Shown here: piece after piece, positions 51,112 through 62,840 of the stretch
Numbering within the stretch: position 1 is the stretch's first letter
Layout of the letters: every line of letters begins with the position of its first letter
Source of the DNA: Macrostomum lignano
Lineage: Eukaryota
Direction: 5' to 3'
Length of the DNA stretch: 64,000 nt
NCBI GenBank assembly: GCA_002269645.1
Contig: NIVC01000031.1
Coordinates: 1,054,001 to 1,118,000 of the forward strand
Translations under genes and position numbers: made by a program
Notes under the pieces: model-generated
The model's database searches: none
Told to the model about the DNA's origin: nothing
The model's input: the letters and a program-made list of their open reading frames with translations, nothing else

Positions 51112-51984
51112 TTTATTTACGAACGTATGAAGTTTAATCGAAGCATGTCGTATATGGAACTACTCACCGCGTGTGCTACAGTCGTAGCAGCTGTGCCAAA
51201 CAAAAAGGAGACTTGGTTTGCAAATAATTGTAAGCTTGGACACTTGCAGGTAGATTATAACCGAGCCTGCTTGTACGAGTATAAAGCTTTAGAGCCCACC
51301 CTGACAATTTATAAGAAATATGCGTAAAATCGAGGTAATTCCCAGGTAAATCCAAGGTAATTCAGTGGCTACTCCGCGGTAACTCCACTGTAACTACGCA
51401 GTCACTCCTCCGGGCTGCCATATGCTGCTGTTTCAATAAAAGGAAAAAGTCATAATGACTTATCTTAATGACTTAATGACGAAAGGAACTTAATCTTATT
51501 TAAAATTTGATCTTTATCCTATTTATTTAGTTAGCGCATTTCACGTCGTATTACTAATAGCTGCATTCGAAAACTCTGCCAGTGTCATGATCGATAAAAT
51601 TTGAATACAGAAAATGTCGCATTAAAATTCTGCGCCTTTTAGATTTACACATACATAGGCAAAATTATTTAAATTTCTGCACTGTTTCTGCATTAATTCT
51701 GGCTTCTAGTACATGTAGAGCTAGCAAATTCACAATTCTTTTACAGCTTGTATTTTACACAACCCTTTTAGGCTTCTTGATACATATTTGGCTTAAACTA
51801 CATGAAGACTGGCTCGTGACCGACCGTGCCCCCCTCCTCAACTTAATGATATCCCTTCCGGCAAATCATGACATCGCCTCCCGTTAAGCAACATCAACTT
51901 GGAAGAGGCTGGCCATCTGAGGGAGGCCAGAGTGTTAAATTTGATTTTTATGCTCTGAGGACCGACAGGCTTCCGATCGACCAA

Positions 51985-52820
51985 GGGCTTAATTAAGAAG
52001 GCGACCATTGAAGAGAGAGATAACAGCGTTTCTATGAAGATTTGGGATCGAAAGAAGACTCGAGATTAATGTGACATCGCTCGAGACTCTCAGGCTGAGA
52101 AGTCAAACGGCAGTGAGTTGGAAATTCAATGTGACAGTCCGTAAATTGATGCCACGATCGTACGGTTTTGAAATTATTTGTCAAGTTGAACAAAAATTGG
52201 GAAATTTTGTTTGTAGAAGCAATTTTGATTCGCAATGAATAGAATCAAATGAATATAGTAATGAAGAAGATAAGTTTATTTTGAAAGTAAAGAGTAGCTG
52301 CATTTGATGTACGAAGTTGTTAGTAAAATTCGAAAAGTTCTCAGACGTCTTGCAAACTTATTTATTTGGGATCAGTAATGATTGTTGATTCGGACTGGCA
52401 AGTATTTTTTGTGCAATAATTTTTTTAAGAGCTACAGGCATCCTAGATTTCGGAAGGGAGACTGAAGAAAACTTTTCTTAAGCACTCTAGCTACTTTTGA
52501 AAGACTTTTGTAGCTACTGTTAAAAAATGAACCGAAGCAAGACGCACTAATACACCGGACTACACAAAGACACAAAATGATGCTAAGATAAATATAAAGG
52601 TACACTAAGATACTCTGTACATGAAGACATACTAAGACATCACTACACACGCCTCAATACATCGAAACACGCAGACACAAAAAGATACTCACAGACATAC
52701 AGCAGTATGTCTGTAGTACAGCAGTAAAGCAATACAGCAGTACAGTACAGCTGCTACAGTACAGCATCTTTATAAACCTTTTTATTTACAGTAATTCGAA
52801 TTCTAGAATGCTTTACATTT
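51985..52820 (+). repeat. Diverged duplicate of the cGLR 3' coding end and downstream flank (48070-48830)
   Basis: GCTGAGAAGTCAAAC..GCAGTGAGTTGGAAATTCAATG and TTTACAGTAATTCGAATTC shared; translates KATIEERDNSVSMKIWDRKK versus QATIKENGSLSMTIRDRKK. Confidence 0.8.
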
Positions 52821-52905
52821 ATCTTCCTATGTAACTGGGTAATATCTTACAGCTCGCCGATGCAATTAACAGTGCAAGATGTTTTGGTCTGGATGGAGGC
52901 GCCAC

Positions 52906-52908
<3 letters not shown>

Positions 52909-52990
<82 letters not shown>
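52909..52990. repeat. (CT)n microsatellite
   Basis: Directly visible. Confidence 0.97.
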
Positions 52991-52995
<5 letters not shown>

Positions 52996-54295
52996 TTCCT
53001 GCAATTTTTCATTTTAGTTTAATTTCCTTTTCATAAAATTTGAGCCTGAGGCAGTGTACTACGCTCGTAGAGTCATCAAAACAGGATGAAGATGCAAATT
53101 TAAAGGTTCTGCATTTCTTGTGACCAAATTAGTTATTCTAGTGTCTGTGACTTTTGCGGGCATTTTCTTTTTGCTATTCGAAAATGATTTGGTTTTAGTG
53201 TCTTCACCTGTATTGCATATTATATTCGCTTGAACTAAATACTCAGCAAGTACCAAAATTACGTATACGAATATTACGCTTCTGCTGACGTTTGCAAAAA
53301 GATAAAAAAAATTTTCTAAATGGTACAAAAAATATTTGCGTTGTCGGTGGGAAGAATCAGCATTATATTCTATAGTGTGTTAAAATTCCTAATATTGCAT
53401 TAATACAACCCGAATGTTGTTGAAATTCAATTCAACACAGACTACTAAAAGTGGCATTGGTGTAGAGTAGCAAGCAAAACGATCAATATCTACCGGCCTA
53501 AAATTTGGTTTCTATGCCAACAAATAACGGAATAACGGAAAACGGAATAAAGCCTCTCGTACAAAAAGTACGAGTAAATACGCACGAAAAATCTGGGTGT
53601 AAAAGAAGCAAACGATTTAATTGCTGTCTAGGTAAAGTTTTGTTTTGTGAATCCTAGACCCCGAAGATTTGCAATACTCGTAGTAGCTCACATAGCTTTT
53701 TTTGATAACATATCATTTTCTTGATAACAGCTCGGCATAGAAATACAGCAAGCCGAAGGGTATGAATAGAAGAAAAAGCCAAACATTACTGTTCTTGAGC
53801 TCCCTACCCACACTGTGCTTCAAAATCTTACGATTCATACAGTTGTAAGTTGTATGCTCTTTTCGAGCACAAAAACACGGGTATAGAGAGAGTTTCGGAA
53901 TCTAACTCTAAAGTCTTATTTCTTATCTCTGCACCACCGCAATCTGTATTATTTTCTGTCCGTATCTCAAAGGTCTAAAACCTTTGGACTGTTACGAGCT
54001 CGTAAATTGATTGCAGCGATAACGTTGGACTTGTCTAAGAAACAATGTGCGAGAAAAATTAATATTTTGCGTTTAACGAAACGAGGACCAGCTAATAAAA
54101 ATATGATTTAGCAAATTAATAAACATTAGCAAATGAAAAATTAATCACAAAAAAATTTGAAAGTTTTTGGCAAAGTTAGTAATTATTGGGACGGATGTGC
54201 AGTGTGGTAGCGCCTACAGATTGTTGATATTTTAAGGCGATTGTTTTAATTTTGAAGTTTAAACGGTCTCCATAACACATGTAGTGTATATGTTA

Positions 54296-56786
54296 TCACT
54301 GGCAGTCTAGAAACATGTGCTCCAGAAGTTCGTCGGTATCAGCTCGACTCTTAGGATTCCTCACAACGCAGCGACGATAGAAATCCCTCAGACTGTCGGA
54401 GACACCATTTGGAAGATCTGGCATAGGATTTTTCTGGATTCGGAATCCGACTTGCTGCCAACCCAGCTCTGAATTGGGCGGCTCCATCGTTAGCATTTCG
54501 TAAATTGTGCAGCCAAACGCCCATACGTCCGATTTGGGTGAGTACACAGTTTTGCCTTCCTCGTTGAACAGCTCTGGAGCCATGAAGTTGACGGTGCCGC
54601 TGAGACTTTTGGTGCTACCAATGCTGTGGAAGATTTCTTTGGCGAGGCCGAAATCGATCAGTTTAATGATGCCTTTGTGGCTCAGCATGATATTGCTGCA
54701 CTTAATGTCCCTATGCAGCGTCACAGGATCGCGGCTGTGCAGGTAGTTGAGAGCGACGCAAATCTGTGAATTTAATAGTTTTTTAAAAAGTAAAGCAAGA
54801 ATTAACATTTAGCTACATGTAGCTTGCAGGAAGAGGCTACCGTTGCCTACAGCCAGATAATGATGCATCCATCTGGAGGCACAGCAGCCGTTATACTGCA
54901 CACACTGTTAAAAAGGCAAGGTCTCCATTTTTGCTCAATCTCTTGGTAAACATTCTGTACCCTTCAAATTGAAAGCAAACTAATCGCAGAATCGAATCCC
55001 TAACGCGATTACTGTTCGCTACTCTCCGACAATGCTAATTCACATTTTTAGTATGAAACCTACCTGCATAGAAAAATCCCTGACGGCGCATTCATCAAAC
55101 GGTTTCCGCTGACGTCGTATCAGATCAGTGAGACTATGGCCGGCGATGAGCTCTGTAAAGATGCACAACTTGTGGTTCCTGGTGCGCTGAAACTTGAGAA
55201 ACTTCAAAATGTTTGGATGCCGAATGCTTCTCAGAACAGCAATCTCCGCGTTCTCCTGTTCAACCGCTTGGTCTAGAAGCTTCAGGTTACCCACAATTTC
55301 CAGCTGAATAATCTTGACGGCCACAGTTTGCCGCTTGTCGGTGAAGACTTTGAACACCTGGCCGAATCCGCCTTCGCCAATTTGTTGCTTATTGCCTTCG
55401 TCGTCGTAGAGGAAGTCCCAATTCGTGAAATCTGGGTCCAATGGAAGCTTGCGTCTGAATAAAAATGTGAAACGGAATGATTTAGGCCTGTTCAAAACTT
55501 ATTTAAAGCAAATTTTCTCCTGAAATTGTAACGCAGCTGTAATATGCGTTATTGGTTGTATTTTCAGTACACACCAAATACGAGTACAAACCTAACTAAG
55601 GAGCTCCGATTGGACGCAGGACTCCGGTCTTCTTTGGCTTCATATTGCTGCTCCTCCTGTTTTTGCTCCTGCTGCTCCTCCTGTTTCTGCTCCTGCTGCT
55701 CCTCCTGTTTTTGCTCCTGCTCCTGCTGCTCCTCCTGTTTCTGCTCCTGCTCCTGCTGCTCTTCCTGTTTTTGCTTTTGCTGCTGCTCCTCCTGTTTTTG
55801 CTCCTGCTCCTGCTGCTCCTCCTGTTTTTGCTCCTCTTCCTGCTGCTCCTCCTGTTTTTGCTCCTGCTGCTGCTCCTGTTTCTGCTCCTGCTGCTCCTCC
55901 TGTTTTTGCTCCTGCTCCTGCTGCTCCTCCTGTTTTTCTAGCTGCTGTTCTTCTTGCTGCTGCTGCTCCGTTCGCTGCTGCATTTGCAAGCAGGCCATCT
56001 CTTGTATCGGTTCGGACTGCTTCTCCGACTGTTTTTCCTTTATTTCAACGATTAACTGCAGTATCTGCTCCCCGTGCAGAGTGTTTTCTTGCGCATAGTC
56101 GGCCAAAGTCTTTCCGCTAACATCGACGAGATTGAATGCTGAGCAATCCAATGAATTGAAGATGAAGCGGAGCGAGTCCACATCTTGATATTGAGCAGCC
56201 AAGTGGGCAGGGGTCGTGCCATTTGAGTCTTTAGTCAATAAGCAGGACGAATCAAGAAGTGAGACCAACATTTTGAGGGAAGAACTTTGCCGTACATTCA
56301 TAGCAGCAAAGTGAACAGCATTCTGGTTGCTGCTATTAGTCTGACTAAAGCAGTCGCATCCTAGGATTGTCTGGAAGAGCTGCAACGAATCCTCATCTTG
56401 CTTCAAAGCGGCGAGATGTATTGGAGTATTGCCGAATTGGTCGCGAACAGATAAACAATCGACACCGCATTGCTCAACAAGCCACTTAAGAACAGAATTT
56501 GTCACTTCATTTAAGGCGGCATTGTGAAAAGCGTTGCGACCGTTGTTGCCCGTCTGATAGAAGCAGTCACTTCCAACGAGTTGGTGGGCAAACCTCATCC
56601 ACGACTCGTCTTGGTATAGAGCGGCTAGATGCACCGGAGTGTTGTTTAATTTGTTCAAGCAGGTGAGGCAGTCGGGTCCAAGCCGGTAGAAGTCGATGCG
56701 AGTCTTTGGCTCGAATGGCAGCTGCCGCGAGCGATTTTTGCATCGAAATTTGGTAGGCCATGCTCGAAATGTGTCAAGAAAGCTGC
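54296..56786 (-). CDS. Ankyrin repeat / Q-E coiled coil / Ser-Thr kinase (STE/MAP3K-like); exons ~56786-55592, 55454-55064, 54763-54296; 5' end unresolved
   Basis: ANK motifs NTPVHLAA, RNAFHNAA, NTPIHLAA, NAVHFAA, TTPAHLAA; EQEQKQEEQQ repeat; kinase GEGGFG, VAVK, HRDIKCSN, DFG, APE intact. Phase-2 intron 55591-55455 and phase-0 intron 55063-54764 keep the frame. Confidence 0.88.
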
Positions 56787-57004
56787 TGCTAGCTATCAGG
56801 CGGGTGAGAAAAGTAGAATAAAAGTGGGTCGTCTCGGGCTTTTATATGCCTATTTAAGTCTCTCACTATACTAGTATCTCATACGTGAAGTAAGAGCGTG
56901 CATACCTGTCTACCCTAAATAGAACCGTTTTCAGAAACAGAGGCTGGACAGAAATGCATTACAAAATTACAGTGTACAGTGCTGCTTAAAGCCAGTGCAA
57001 CAGT

Positions 57005-57132
57005 TGCTGCTGCTGCGTTACAGGTACCGCTTCGGCGAGGGCAGGCGCGCAAATGCCTTGCCTGCTCACTGCTTTCTAACGCCAACCGACCAGGAATCTG
57101 CCTTGTGAATCATGTTGCTGTTGTTGTTGCTG
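57005..57132 (+). mobile_element. Short 3' fragment of an RTE element related to 34872-36590
   Basis: Encodes LQVPLRRGQARK, matching the element C-terminus; TGTTGCTGTTGTTG tail. Confidence 0.55.
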
Positions 57133-58194
57133 AGTTCGATCAGTGATAAGATCTTGCAGTTTCTATAAATTAACTTGTGAGTAGAAAACTAAAAATTACA
57201 CACCACTAGCAAGATTCTACTGTAAGTAGTAATGCTTGTACGTCCAAAGCAAGCGGGGCTTTTAAAACTAAATAACGAGACTTTTCTTGCGTTGATAAAA
57301 GTAAAATATTGCACCACACAGCGCATGAAATTTTCCGGCCGGGCTATTTACCGATTTTCAAACCAGGTCTGATCTGATTGCTTTTAAATTGATCTACTGG
57401 TGTGGCATTTATAAAATCAGCATAAAAAGGGGGACCAAAGAGAAATGAAAATGCTTGAATTAAAATTAGCTCACTCGTGGATCCATATACCTTTTTGGCC
57501 TACGAGGTACAATAGAGTGTGCATATCCACGACTATACCAAACTCTCTGTTTCGTGAAAATCCAGTATAATGAATCTTCATCATGATTAGCTGGTGAGAT
57601 TCTTTCTCCACGTTAAGACTGCTTGGAAATTATCGACAGCTATTATTATTTATTAATATTATTATTTGTCATTTATTCTAACAATTGACATAGGACTTAA
57701 AATTTTATTCAAGTATTGGAATCATAAAAACTAATTATTGACTGCCAAAAAATCGACTGATGGTCTTAGTGCAAGCCATAACCTTAACATAAACCCTAAC
57801 CTAAATTTTCGGAAGTCAAATTTTATTGGCAATCACATTTTAGGCTACTACTAATATATATGTTCTATAGCAAACAAAGAATATAAAGTACCCTAGCATA
57901 ATGAGCTACAACTTTATGTACGGTATTTTGTCCCATCTTTGCCACAGCAGCATTTAGTAATGAAAAATTTACAAATCATGGGTCATATTAAAATGAAAAT
58001 TGTCCATCAAATTTTACAAAATAAAGTTACAATCGGATATGTAAAAGAACATAAACACATACACGAATAGTCTCGTTCAGTCCTTGACAAAATTAGCAAT
58101 TAGCTAATTTCAATTTCCTAACACACCTATGAGTAAAAGTGTCAAAACCTTGGTATTGCAGTGTCAAAAGTGCCAAAGCATTTGTGCTTTGTCA

Positions 58195-59665
58195 AAAACG
58201 GGTGCAGTAGATCCTCTCTAGTCTTTCACTGGCCTTTTTAATCTTTTCAAAGTCCTGAGTGTCCATGGCGACGCGTTTTTAATCTCCGATCTCTGTCATC
58301 TGTCGCTACACAGAACTCTACGTGGTCGCGGCAGTCGCTTTAGTGGGCAAGAGTGAGCAGCTCCTCCAAGTCTGGGTCTTCTTTCAACTCATCCAACCAC
58401 GGGTCAAAATTGATCGGTGAGCAATCGTGCAGCAGTTCCGCTTGAAGACTCCAGCTCAGGCAGCGGAAGTTCACGTACAGATGGGAGGAGCGAGGCTGCA
58501 ATAACCTCGCTGTCAACAGAGTCTGAGTAAACTCAGGTAGGTAAGGGAAGAGAGGCGGACAGTCACAAGGAAGGCAGAATCTCCACGCCCAGTCTGATTC
58601 AGTGGGTAGACTTGTCCATTGAATCCATTTAGTTTCATTTGGCATCAAGCCTAGTGTAATATCCTGCATCTGAAGCTGTTTTAACAAGTTCACAGCCTGC
58701 TCAAATTCTCCAAATTTGAGATGCGCAATTGCGGTCAAGCATAGGGTGGCGCACTGGCACCACTGCAGCGAGTGCAAAAGATTCAGCTGCCTCCAGCAAC
58801 GAGACTTTGCATCTAGAAGAGTGTCTCTGTTGTTTGACTCTGACTGCAATTCACTAATACAATTGTTGACCAACCTGTATACATCAGCGTACTTTAAATA
58901 GTGCTCCTCCTCATCAGTTGCTTCTCTGATCTGAGCGACATCAAATAAAGTCCTCAGTGGAAGCAGAGTGAATGGCTAAAAGTAAAATTTCTCTGACTGC
59001 AGCGGTCTCACGAGTTTTCTTAGCTGCTCGACCACTTCACTGACATCTCTTCAAAGCTCGCTAAGTCGGTCTCGAACCCTCGTTTTTGTGTTGTCAAAGT
59101 CACGGCCGATTCCAGCATTCTTAAAGTAGAATGGAACGTCAGAAGTTAAAAAGTGCGGCATGCACTCATCAGGTAAGCTGCTTGAGTCCATTATGACACC
59201 ATCATGTCTAGTGCCTCTTTTAGTAGAACGATCAAATTTTGGAACTTCCAAGCTAAGGTACTAACTAGTTCTGTGCTTCTCAAGCATAAAGAACATCAGA
59301 GTCTTTGCATGATAAGCCTTTAGTCCATGTGTGTCCAGAAGGAGCGGTAAGTACCTCTTAAAAATAAACTTAATGACAGCAAACAGCTGACCCTGAACTG
59401 CACTCAGTTGCCTCATAATTTGCTTTTCATGAAATTCTGATGGCTAACGCTGCCGCTGACGATGCAGGCACCCTACCGGCGAGGACAGGCGCGCACTCGG
59501 CATTTCGTCGACTGTCTGCTGGCTGACGCTGGCGCCCCGGACTCTGCCGGGGGAGCAGCCTATGTTCGCACCCTGGCCTTGAGACGCGCCCTGTGACACT
59601 AGAGACTATCCAGTGTACTTTGTTGCTGTGTTGTTGTTTTCATGGAAGCTGAAGCTGTATTCTAG
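58195..59665 (-). pseudogene. Second Mab-21/cGLR pseudogene (C-lobe and C-terminal domain only)
   Basis: FHEKQIMRQLSAVQGQLF, GLKAYHAKTLMFF, ECMPHF, PFTLLPL, WAWRFC, HLYVNFRC, DPDLEELL are collinear with 46925-48219; several stops and frameshifts; NTase core not found upstream. Confidence 0.88.
59434..59640 (+). mobile_element. 5'-truncated RTE insertion inside the second cGLR pseudogene
   Basis: LTMQAPYRRGQARTRHFVDCLL matches the RTE C-terminus; TTG tail; flanking TTTTCATGAA (59424-59433) / TTTTCATGGA (59637-59646) read as a TSD. Confidence 0.8.
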
Positions 59666-60365
59666 CACAAAGCCATTAGCATAAGATATAAGTATATTAG
59701 TTTTTAGCCTTGTCCCAGTTCCGTCAGCAAATTATATATTTAACATTTCAAAGTAAAAATTCAAATCGAAAGTTGGATGATATTAGATTTTTATACAGAA
59801 TCTCGGACCATATCAAGTTAAGTTTTGAAGTCCATTAAGCTTTTCTTGCTACTAAAAGAGTAATCGCAAAGAAGTCTATTTTGGGCTTCTTTGTTTCGTA
59901 GTGGCTATTTGGATGTAAAAATGGTTTTGTTAAAACAAAATTTGTCAACTTCCCTAAAGCCGCTGGTTTTTAATTTTATTAACTTTAAAAATCAGAAACT
60001 TGTACGAGTTAGTTTTGAATTAGCTGACCAGAATGTCTATTTCTTACAATCTGAATTATATTGTTTGATAAATACAGAATAGCCACTATTGCGCTGTTTA
60101 TGGTACGTTCCTCGTAAAACACATGTAAGACTCATTAACTTCTCCAGCCGAATGCATATAGTTACCGGTAGAAGTATGTTCTAATAAATACTTGCTGAAA
60201 AAAGAGACAGAGATAAAGACTAGAGACAGTCAACAACTGGGATCATCGTTAGCTTTACTCGTATAAACGTGATAAACAGAAAAGGTCGATTAGAATATAT
60301 GCTGGTTGAGTGTGTTTTATAGTAATTTTTGTTTTGCAAGCGAATTCTAAACCTTCAATTTCCAA

Positions 60366-62840
60366 CTAGCAAGTATCCACAAACGGAGTCAGAAGCTGTA
60401 GCACAACTTGACCATGTTCTGTGGGCGAAGCCTCAGCGAACTCGCAGCGGCTACCACCGCAGTAGGAGCCGCCGCCGCCTCCGGCCTCGATATTGTTCAC
60501 CCCGGCCCCGCCTCCGCTGAAACCACCACCGCCGCCGGCTGCTCCGTACTTGCTAGGCTTGTCGAAGCCACCGCTACCGCCGCCGCCGCCGAAGCCGCCG
60601 TCACCGATGTTGCCGTCTCCAGAGACACCACCAGTCCAGCCTTTGGCCAGACTGCCGCCACTATCACCGTCGCTGGAGCTTCTCCTTGGATTGTGTGCCG
60701 TACCAAGCCAGCCGGCGCCACAGCCGCCATGGAACTGGTCGTTTGGTGTAGCGCTTGGATTGTTGTATCCGGGACTCCCAAGGTTGCCACCGAATCCCGT
60801 GGTTAGTATAGTCGAAGAGTTGCTGATGCCACCGTACGAGTTGCTGCCGTAGACTTTGTGTAGAGCGTTCAAGCCTAGAGTTTTGAGATGACAAATTTTT
60901 TTATTTGAGACGAGTGATTTTAGCACCTTTTGCAATATTTTTACTAGCAAAATTTCAAATACTGTTTATAGTCCTCTTGAAGTTTCGACGTTTTTTGACC
61001 GTCAAAATCAGTGAAAAAGAATGACATAAAATTGAGAAAACGTTTTTGTGACGTTTTCTGTGGCTTCACTTGATCTTACGCACAACATTGTTGCAAGCTG
61101 TAAAGACCTATAGTTCATTACAGAGTGCCGTAGCGTCTTTTTAGAGTTCACAGGCGGTCTGTATTCAAAGATGGTTTATGCTTGCACTAGGCTTTTATTG
61201 TAACACTTAAGTGACGATAAAATATGCTGTCAGCAATGTGTGCTACAGTCGATTTTGCTATTATTTCATCACTGGTTGCTAAAACTAACGACGATCTAGC
61301 ATCTAGCTCGTAGTATCTGATGGCTGTCTGTAGAGGCAGAATCATAAAAGCTACACCAAGCTCGTCACATTTTTTTCAAGTGAAAAACCTCGAGCTTTTT
61401 TAAAACACTGTTTTAATTTAAAGCAGGATTTCTCAGCTCTCATTCAATCTCCGTAGCTAAACAGTATGGAAAAAAGCGAAGACCCCAGTAAAGTAAAGAC
61501 CCAAAGAAACTTTCCATCAAACATAGACGAGGCACCGCCGCCACCGCCGGCCGCCATCAGCAATCCGCTGTCGTTTGCTCGGTACACAAAGCTGCCGCCG
61601 CCGCCTCCGCCGCTAGCAGAGTCGCTTGTCGCGGTGGTGCCCGCCTGTCCAACAACGACACTCAAAGCTGTGCCAGCACCAATAACGAAGCTTCCAGCGA
61701 TGGCGGAACCGTTACCCCCGATCTTGCCGCAACAATCTGACCCTCCGCCTCTGGCGCCAGAAATTTCAATTCGATAGCAACCGGCCAGTTCAAATTGGAC
61801 GCGCTGCACAAAGCCTCGGCGGCCAACGCTGGAATCTAAATAAAAAATAAGAATATTTAATTTCTAAAAAAACTGTTAGCTTAATCAACGAAATTCAACA
61901 CTCAGTAAAGCTCTGGATCATCAAACTGCAATAGATGTCTTGGGGCTTCTAGTTCAAAAAGTTTTTGATTTCAGTCGGTTTTGTCGGTAGCCTTACTCCG
62001 GCGTAGTCATTCCGGCACTGAATTTGATGCTTGCATTATTCGAGAGTAACTAATCGAGTAAAATCTTCTCTGTCAACATGCTCAGTGCGTAGAACTCAGG
62101 GACGTAGGCTTGAAAATGAATTTTAATTGAATTATAATTTTGAATGATCCCTTGGCGTCACTCTGAAATTTCAATACTCAAACGTAAAAAAACTTTTCGA
62201 ACAAAATCCACTTAGCGTTACAATTTTCAGAAATGCTTGGAAGTAATGTTGTTTACCGGTAGAGCATTAATATATAATAGCACTATACTCTAGTCCTGTA
62301 TGGATTTTGCTTGCAATTTACTTATAATTATAGATTAGAAAATAAATGTAGAAAAATCAATAATATTTTAAGACTCCACTTACTGCTAAAAGTGACCGTA
62401 CTGTTGACAACTTTCGAAATGTTAAACTGTCTGTCTCGAATGATGGCGTCAAAATTTCCAACCTTCCATATTTTGGCTCCAATTTCGAAGCCTAACCGAC
62501 GTTGCTTGTGACTCTCGGCTGGGCCAGCGTTTTTTGACGCATCGTTGACAATCAAGAGTTGGCAAAAGCTGCTGGTCTCAAAGACAACGACAGCAGAGCA
62601 TGCTCGAATTCGACAGGCCATCAAGCATTCTGCCTTCGACGCTAGATTTATAACATTGACGACTTCACTGCTGACGGACGAGTCAATCAGCAGAGATTGC
62701 TTGGATGGGATGTACTTCAAGCTGGGACAGTCAGATGGCAGAACTGTGTGCGGGTTCACGACTGTGGCTGTGAGGTATGCGGCTGCTTCTGTGAGTGCAA
62801 CAGAGAAAATTAGAAATAAATTTTTTTCAATAGTACTCAT
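60366..62840 (-). CDS. Secreted PAN/apple-domain plus ALK/LTK-type glycine-rich domain protein (possibly damaged)
   Basis: Signal peptide and ECLMAC..CSAV..CQL (62840-62390); YRIEISGARGG, VVVGQAG, GGGGGSFVY, LMAAGGGGG (exon ~61835-61515); GGFGGGGG, GGGGGFSGG, GGGGGSY (60874-60366). Donor at 61514 reads GAAAGT; the intermediate exon near 62000-62110 could not be phased. Confidence 0.72.

Noticed and set aside
53059-53328. Short minus-strand ORF considered as the missing GIMAP N-terminal exon
   Set aside because: No GxxxxGKS P-loop or DTPG motif.
55544-56098. Cys-rich (CCSSCFCS) metallothionein-like ORF and poly-Leu ORF
   Set aside because: Antisense readings of the Q/E repeat of the ANK-kinase.
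56786-58340. Possible fusion of the second cGLR to the downstream ANK-kinase
   Set aside because: The cGLR tail aligns with the first copy's natural C-terminus and stops near 58195; no donor supports a join.
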